A DNA stretch of 60,000 bases from Vicugna vicugna (taxonomy: Eukaryota): positions 4,475,308-4,535,307 of the forward strand of contig MU061578.1 in NCBI GenBank assembly GCA_013265495.1, in the 5' to 3' direction. Positions 52,901 to 60,000 of this stretch are shown here, piece by piece (position 1 is the stretch's first letter; the number at the start of each line of letters is the position of its first letter). Position numbers and translations under genes: made by a program. The notes beneath the pieces were generated by a model. The model made no database searches, had not been told where the DNA came from, and saw only the letters and a list, made by a program, of their open reading frames with translations.

Positions 52901-55900
52901 TAAACTTGGGACGGGTTTGGGGGTGAGAACGAAAAACCCTAGAGGAGGAGGAAGGGGCGGGCTGAGCACCGTCGAGGCTGGTCCTGGGAGGGGACACCCC
53001 ACCTCCTAGGGGTAGAGAAAAAAACCACTACGCCTAGGTTGGGCGACCTGCTGTCCCATTTCTCCAGGGAGCAGGAAGAGAAGTTAGACGCCGCCTAACC
53101 ATATGGAGCGCAGTCTGATGGGATAAACGTATTAAAGCAAATAATTTCCATCAGTGGCTGTGACAAGCGCTAGCAAGGGGAAGCTCGGGTGCTGGGATGG
53201 CTGACTGGGTTTGGAGGTTGAGGGGGTGCTCCATTTCACCTTGTTAGTCAGGCTTCTTCCAGTAGAGTTAGCCAGGCACCTTTGAAATTCGGAAGGAGAA
53301 GCCCAGGTCACAGGCAGGAAATAGCCTGTGTGAATGGGAAAGGTCAGCAGAGGCTTCTCCAAGCAGGGTTTTGTAAACAAGTAAGGAGAGGGGAGGGTTT
53401 GAAGGCAGGGTGGCAACATAAACAGAGTTATATTCTGAGCAGCTTCTCTGAGAGCAGAGTTTGAGAGAGTGGTAGAGACCTGGTGGAGAGGCTGGAGCAA
53501 CTGACCAGAGAGGAGAGTGCAGTGGCCTGGACCAGCATGGAAGTAGCTGAGAGGGAGTGGAGAGGACATATGATGCCACCGAAATGAGGGCAGCTTGGAG
53601 AGTGGGATGGAGGAAGGAGCCAGGGTTAGGGAAGAGGCGGGCTGGACCTCAAGGATGAAGATCTTGAAGAGGATGCTACTCTGGGTTGGTACCCAGGCCT
53701 GGCCTCCCATGGCCAGCAGGGGGCCCCCAAGGCCTGGCCTGCTCGATAGTGGGGAATCTCTGAGAAGACTGGGCTGTTGGACTGCCTGTGCTGCCCTGGG
53801 ACTGGTGTGTGTCAGCGTCCAGCTAGGGTCCCAAATCTTCTGTAACATAGGGATACCAACACCCACCTCACAGTGTAGCTGAGAGGATTAAAGAAGATAA
53901 CAGAAGAGTTCATGAGCCTCTCTCCCCCATGTCCCCTGCATCCCTGCTGCTGCCCAGAAACTCCTCAAGGGCAGGTCCCTATTGGGTTGACCTCTGGGAA
54001 AGCACCTAGTATAGAGCTGGCACTGGGGACCAAGGGTTGGGTACCTCACTGTCTTCTGTCTTCCCTCCAGTTATGCTGTCGAGCGCAAGATCGAGCCTTT
54101 CTACAAGGGCGGGAAGGTGCAGGTACCAGCCCAGGGAGGGGCAGAGTTGGCAGGGTGAGGCAGGGGTTGCAGAGTGTTACCTTGGCTGAGACCCCTTTGT
54201 CACCAGCTGGATGAGACTGGGCAGCACCTTTTCTGCGTCTGTGGTACCAGAGTCAACATCCTGGATGTGGCCTCAGGGGCTGTGCTGCGGAGCCTGGAGC
54301 AGGTGAGGGCTGAGAGGGTTGGTGTGAGGGACTGGTGTGGAGGGCAGCCTTGTCTCATGGCTGGTGCTCTATGTCTACTCTCAACCCTCAGGAGGATCAG
54401 GAGGACATCACTGCCTTTGACCTCAGTCCTGATAATGAGGTATATGGAACAGGGACAGGAGGTGGGCTCCAGTACATCCCAAGCAAACTGAGTTGATGAG
54501 GACAGCGTCCATGCCTCAACCCCCAGCTGAACTGCATCTTCCCCCAGGTGCTGGTGACAGCTAGCCGGGCACTGCTGCTGGTTCAGTGGGCCTGGCAAGA
54601 GGGCAGCATCACCCGCCTGTGGAAGGCGATACATACAGCCCCTGTGGCCACCATGGCCTTCGACCCCACCTCCACACTGCTAGCCACAGGTAGGACCTTG
54701 CTGGATGGGTGGGTTGGCTGGAACCAGGCAGGGGGCTTTGGGCACACCAGCCCTCTCCCCACTTCAAACACATTCCGACAGGTGGCTGTGACGGGGCTGT
54801 GCGTGTCTGGGACATCGTGCGGCATTATGGGACACACCACTTTCGGGGCTCACAGGGTGTCGTGCAGTGAGTAGAGGCTGCAGAGGCTGGGTGGGTGGAG
54901 CATCAAGGTCAGGGTAGCATAGCTCACCAGCCCCACCCCACCTGCCTGCAGTTTGGTGGCCTTCCACCCGGAACCCGCACGCCTGCTACTCTTCTCCTCA
55001 GCTGCAGACACCGCCATCCGGGTGTGGTCGCTGCAGGACCGGTCGTGCCTGGCCGTGCTGACTGCCCACTACAGTGCTGTCACCTCTCTGACCTTCAGTG
55101 CCGACGGCCACACCATGCTCAGGTCAGTGACCAGCCACCCAGGCCTTGGCAAGAAAGGGAAGGCCACAGCTGAGACCCAGGAACTGAGATGGCTGTTTTC
55201 CCCCAGCTCGGGCCGTGACAAGATCTGCATTGTCTGGGACCTGCACAGCCTCCAGGCCATGAGGACTGTGCCAGTGTTTGAGGTAGGGGCAGCAGGGCCA
55301 GTGAATGGGGTAGGGTGAGGGACAGGATTGCCACCTCTGACCCACTCGTCCTCAGAGTGTAGAGGCTGCAGTGCTGTTGCCAGAGGAGCCGGTGCCTGAG
55401 CTGGGTGTGAAGTCCCCGGGCCTGCATTTCCTGACCGCTGGCGACCAAGGTGTGTGGGGCTCGGCCAGGGTGGGCAGCAGGGGCCAAAGGAGGCTTGTGG
55501 ACCTTGGAGTCCTAGCAGCCCATGTCCCCAAACAGGCATGCTGCGCGTGTGGGAGGCAGCCTCTGGGCAGTGTGTCCATACACAACAGCAGTTGCCAGGC
55601 CCTGGGCGGGAGCTGACCCACTGCACCCTGGCCCAAGCCGCTGGCCTGCTCCTCAGTGTCACTGCTGACCACAACCTGCTGCTCTACAAGGCCCGCTCCC
55701 TGCAGCTCCAGAAACAGGTGAGCGAGTGCTGCCCCTGCTCAGCCCATAGGCCTGGGGATGCCAGCCCTCCACCCACTCGGTCCCTGACTTGTGTCCCTCT
55801 CGCCCACCCCTAGTTTGCTGGCTACAGTGAGGAGGTGTTGGACGTTCGATTCCTCGGGCCTGAGGACTCCCACATTGTCGTGGCCTCTAACAGCCCCTGC

Positions 55901-58764
55901 CTAAAAGTGTTTGAGCTGCAGACGTCAGCCTGCCAGATTCTCCATGGCCACACAGGTGAGGGCACTGGGCCAGTGCCCCCAGGACCTCATCCTGGACTGG
56001 ATTGCCCCCGCTTGCCATAACTGATCTCTAACCACTCCCCCTCCACCTTCTCCCAGACATCGTCTTGGCCTTAGATGTCTTCCGGAAGGGGTGGCTCTTT
56101 GCCAGCTGTGGCAAGGTGAGGCACTATAAGAGGTGAGGGTACAGGTGCCCAGGTGGGGAAGCCCAGCCCAGCCTCTGTCCTCATCCCTCCCATCCCCAGG
56201 ATCAGAGCATCCGCGTCTGGAAGATGAACAAGGCTGGTGAGGTCACCTGTGTGGCTCAGGGCTCTGGGCACACACACAGCGTGGGCACCATCTGCTGCTC
56301 GAGGTAGCAGTTCAGGGCTGGGTCCAGCGTGTCATGGTGGCAGAGGCCCAGGCCCTGCTGATGGGGCTCCAGCTTAAGGAGATGGGAGGAGAAGGAGGCG
56401 GCTTTGGCCTTTGCTCACTGGGTCTCCAGGGATATGGGATGGAGAACAGGGGCACCCCTACATGCCATTATTGGGGGTTCCTTGGAAGTGGCCTTGAGGC
56501 TGGGTGGATAAAAGGGGAGGGGTGTCACAGCGGGGAAGGTGACACTGAGCAAGGCCCAGGTGGAGAAGGTACTGTTTAAGGCTGGAGGTCTCATGGTTGG
56601 AGCCCAGTCGCCTGGTATGACAGCACTGAGGGCGGGCAGAGCAGGCTTGAGGGCGGGCAAGTGGTCCCAGAGGTGTATAGGGCTGACATGAGCAGTTCCC
56701 TTTCGGAGACAGTCTGTCTTTCTGGTCTGGACCAAGGTCTGACAGGCCTGAACTATGGTGCATTGGCAGGCAGGGCCAGCCAGGGCTCAGCAGGTGTCTC
56801 CCCGTCCCCCAAATCGGTCCTTAGGCTGAAGGAGACCTTCCTGGTGACAGGCAGCCAGGACTGCACAGTGAAGCTGTGGTCCCTCCCCGAAGCCCTGCCG
56901 TCCCCAGGCTCAGTCCCAGTCGGGGGCCCTGTCCTCCTCCAGGCCCAGGCCACGCAGCGCTGCCATGACAAGGTAATGGCACACAGCACCAGGTGGGGCG
57001 TGGTGAGGCCCCTGCTGGGACAGGGGTCTGAGCTGCTGCCCCCTCGCATCACCAGGACATCAACAGTGTGGCTGTTGCCCCCAACGACAAGCTGCTGGCC
57101 ACAGGGTCACAAGACCGCACAGCCAAACTCTGGGCCCTGCCACAGTGCCAGCTGCTGGGAGTCTTCTCAGGCCACCGACGGGGCCTCTGGTGTGTTCAGT
57201 TCTCACCCATGGACCAGGTGCTGGCCACAGCCTCAGCTGACGGCACAGTCAAGCTCTGGGCGCTGCAGGACTTCAGCTGCCTCAAGGTAAGGTGCCCTCA
57301 CCCCAGGCGAGGCCCTCTGCCCACTGGCATTTCACACCTTCCCCCACCCCACCTTGCAGACTTTTGAGGGGCATGATGCTTCTGTGCTGAAGGTGGCCTT
57401 TGTGAGCCGCGGTACCCAGCTGCTGTCCAGGTGAGTGGGCTGAGGGCGGGGTGGGACTTGGGGTGAGCTGGGGGGCAGGCCCCAAGGCTGAGCCCTCTCC
57501 CAATCCCAAACCCAGTGGCTCTGACGGGCTTGTGAAGCTCTGGACCATCAAGAACAACGAGTGTGTGAGGACACTGGACGCCCACGAGGACAAGATCTGG
57601 GGGCTGCACTGTAGTAGGCTGGATGACCGCGCCCTCACTGGCGCCAGTGACTCCTGCATCATCCTCTGGAAGGTGCATGAGCTGGTGGGGGTGGAAAATG
57701 GGCAAGGCAGCATGGGCCTGCCTGCTGACCCCATTCTGACCCCAGGATGTGACCGAGGTGGAGCAGGCAGAGGAGCAGGCCAAGAGAGAGGAGCAGGTGG
57801 TCAAGTAAGTCCGGGGGTCTCCACCTGGCCCTGCTTGGGAGTCCCATGCATCAGTGTCAGCCCCTTGGAGTAGGGCACACAGGCTTCCCTTCTCTTTATA
57901 GCCTGTGGGAACCAAGGCTTGGACCAGCAACACAGCTTTCCACCAGTGGGTGTTCTGCTCCAGGCTTCAGACCCCTGATGGCTCTGCCTTTAGCTCCAGC
58001 CAAGTCTCCCAGTGGCCCTGTCCCCTGTCCTCCCTCCTTCCCCCACCAGGCAGCAAGAGCTGGACAATCTGCTCCATGAAAAGCGGTACCTGCGGGCACT
58101 GGGCCTCGCCATCTCCCTGGACCGGCCCCACACGGTGCTGACCGTGATCCAGGGTCAGTGCTGCCTCAGGGGCTGGACAGGAAGGGCAGGGTTGGAGGGA
58201 GTCTCAGATCTGTGGTGTCCCTTCCCTGGGGCTCAATCTCCCCTCCTCCCACAGCCATCCGAAAGGACCCTGAGTCCTGCGAGAAGCTGGAAGCCACGGT
58301 GCTCCGACTGCGGCGAGACCAGAAAGGTCCGGGGTGGGCAGGTAGGGGCTGGATGATGGCTAGTAAGGGGCAGTGGCCCAGCAGGCAGGTCTGACCATCC
58401 CTGCCACCCACAGAGGCCTTGCTGCGCTTCTGTGTCACATGGAACACCAACTCACGGCACTGCCATGAAGCCCAGGCTGTGCTAGGCGTGCTCCTGCGGC
58501 ATGAGGCCCCTGAAGAGCTGCTGGCCTATGAGGGTGTTCAGGCCTCACTTGAGGCCCTGCTGCCCTACACCGGTACGTGGGCACAGCCCAGGTCGGGGCA
58601 GGAAGAGTCCAGCTGGCCTCCATGGACCCCTGACAGCTTTCCATTCTCCCCCAGAGCGGCACTTCCAGCGGCTCAGCCGGACACTGCAGGCGGCCACCTT
58701 CCTAGACTTCCTGTGGCACAACATGAAGCTGCCCCCCCTCCCCGTGGCCCCCTCTGCCCTCTGA
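52652..58764 (+). CDS. TBL3: Transducin beta-like 3 / UTP13, WD40 SSU-processome protein (800 aa; 22 exons: 52652-52692, 54071-54122, 54207-54302, 54392-54439, 54548-54689, 54782-54866, 54952-55122, 55207-55282, 55356-55449, 55536-55717, 55814-55955, 56057-56115, 56200-56303, 56825-56972, 57056-57286, 57360-57430, 57516-57672, 57746-57804, 58050-58153, 58255-58326, 58414-58572, 58655-58764)
   Basis: MAEPAAGVGRFKSN|YAVERKIEPFYKGG..., many WD repeats, Utp13 domain (WNTNSRHCHEAQ...ERHFQRLSR). All GT-AG; 2403 nt in frame. Confidence 0.97.
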
Positions 58765-59113
58765 ACATGCAGAAAGATGGACTTTGCCATCTCGGCACGC
58801 TGTGTCTGTCTGAGCTTTGTCTCACCCCAGGTCTTGGCCTCCAGCCAGCTCCATCCCCACCCCTGGCCTGGCTGAGATCCAGCAGGCCCCACCCCTCAGC
58901 ACAGACACTGTAGCAGTGTGGGTCCATCAGGAGTTCTTTACTCAGGACAAGGCGGGGTGTAGCCTCCTGGCCTCACCCACTTGGGGTCAAGTGCTCCTCC
59001 CACAGCCCTGGGGCTGATGTGGCTGCTATCAGTCAAACCTGGAGTTTGGAGCTTCTGGGCTGCCGCTCCAGTTATGGGGTGCACAGCGCAGCCCTCCACC
59101 AGGTTCCACACAC

Positions 59114-60000
59114 TCAAAAAGGTCCTTGACCCTCTGGGTCCCTCCTCAGTGCCCTACGGGTGATGGTGCAGCACCGGCTCTGAATAGCACTCAGTGGTGG
59201 TCGGGCAGGCACAGTAGGGGGAAGGGTCTTGGCCTGGGGGCACTTGGGGAAGTCTCGGACCTCTCCCTCTCTGTCCTCCCCACCATCTGCCCCGAGGTGG
59301 AGCCATGGCCCACTAAGGATTGTGCCCAGCCCGTCTGGCTGCAGTATTGCAGCCGGGAGAAGACCAGTGCGGCCACCAAATCTGTGAAGAGGATGAAGTT
59401 TTGATGTGCCCCTGCAGGCACTGACAGCTCATCAGCTTGGCTGCCCTCAAAGGCACGGGAAGCACAGAACTGGGGCCCTGGAGTGGATGTTTTGTGGTCA
59501 CCATGGGGGCCACAGAGGCCAGGGCCTCACCTGTCCGTACCCCCCCCCATTTGCTGAATCACCACCTCCAGGCTCTCCCCATTTGGATCTCTGCAGACAC
59601 CAGGGACCACTGTAAAACCCCCTGGGGTGGTGGCTCACTAGAGGGACTAGTCACACTACAGGGCTACTCTCGCCACCTAGTCATCCCCTGGCTTGAGTGC
59701 TCCCTGTGGTCCACCCGTGATGTACACTGCCCAGTAGTGGTGCTGGGTGTGGGGAGGAGGGTTAGTCTCGTACCACTGCTCACTAGGGACCGTCCCCCAT
59801 CTCGTCCCTGGCCCGGGGCCACCTCCTCCAGGTAGGGAGCAGGAAACCATGCCATCTGCTGGTCCTCGTTCGCCACCAGCCACCAGCCTGTGCCCAAGAG
59901 GTGGGTAGAGGTTCAGATCCTGAGGCCCCTTGGGATACAAGGGGGCAGAAGGGCGAGTCCCCAGACTCCTGCCCAGCCCCACCTGAGGGGTGTCGCAGCA
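59114..60000 (-). pseudogene. NOXO1: NADPH oxidase organizer 1, 3' part, apparently disrupted (exon end 60000-59983; exon 59887-59774; truncated exon 59477-~59404; last exon 59381-59114)
   Basis: [27 protein letters not shown] (SH3-A), [25 protein letters not shown] (start of SH3-B), [19 protein letters not shown]...[25 protein letters not shown] (last exon). Gene identity is strong; pseudogene status is inferred from the missing exon end and donor. Confidence 0.7.

Noticed and set aside
53132..53866. 244-aa minus ORF in TBL3 intron 1
   Set aside because: Overlaps degraded L2-like repeat sequence; no coding hallmarks.

Overview
Mammalian genomic DNA from a GC-rich, gene-dense block whose gene order matches my recollection of human 16p13.3. 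It is probably a camelid: it has tRNA-derived Vic-1-like SINEs, a bovine-type NDUFB10, and no Alu, Bov-A or PRE-1 elements. Left to right: about 11 kb of repeat-rich intergenic DNA; HS3ST6 (-); an orphan CpG island; the selenoprotein gene MSRB1 (-, in-frame UGA plus SECIS); RPL3L (-); a SERF2 processed pseudogene; NDUFB10 (+); RPS2 (-, hosting SNORA10 and SNORA64); SNHG9 with SNORA78 (+); RNF151 (+); TBL3 (+, 22 exons); and the 3' end of NOXO1 (-). All exon structures were traced by hand through GT-AG junctions and give intact frames, except NOXO1. In NOXO1 an apparent deletion removes the second half of the SH3-B exon, its splice donor and most of the next intron, frameshifting the last exon; this is either gene loss or an assembly error. 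Other points of note are an RPS2 intron that I recall human lacks, a frame-shifted RNF151 C-terminus, and tightly packed gene ends. No CRISPR array or prokaryotic system is present. Comparisons to human are from memory, not from a search.
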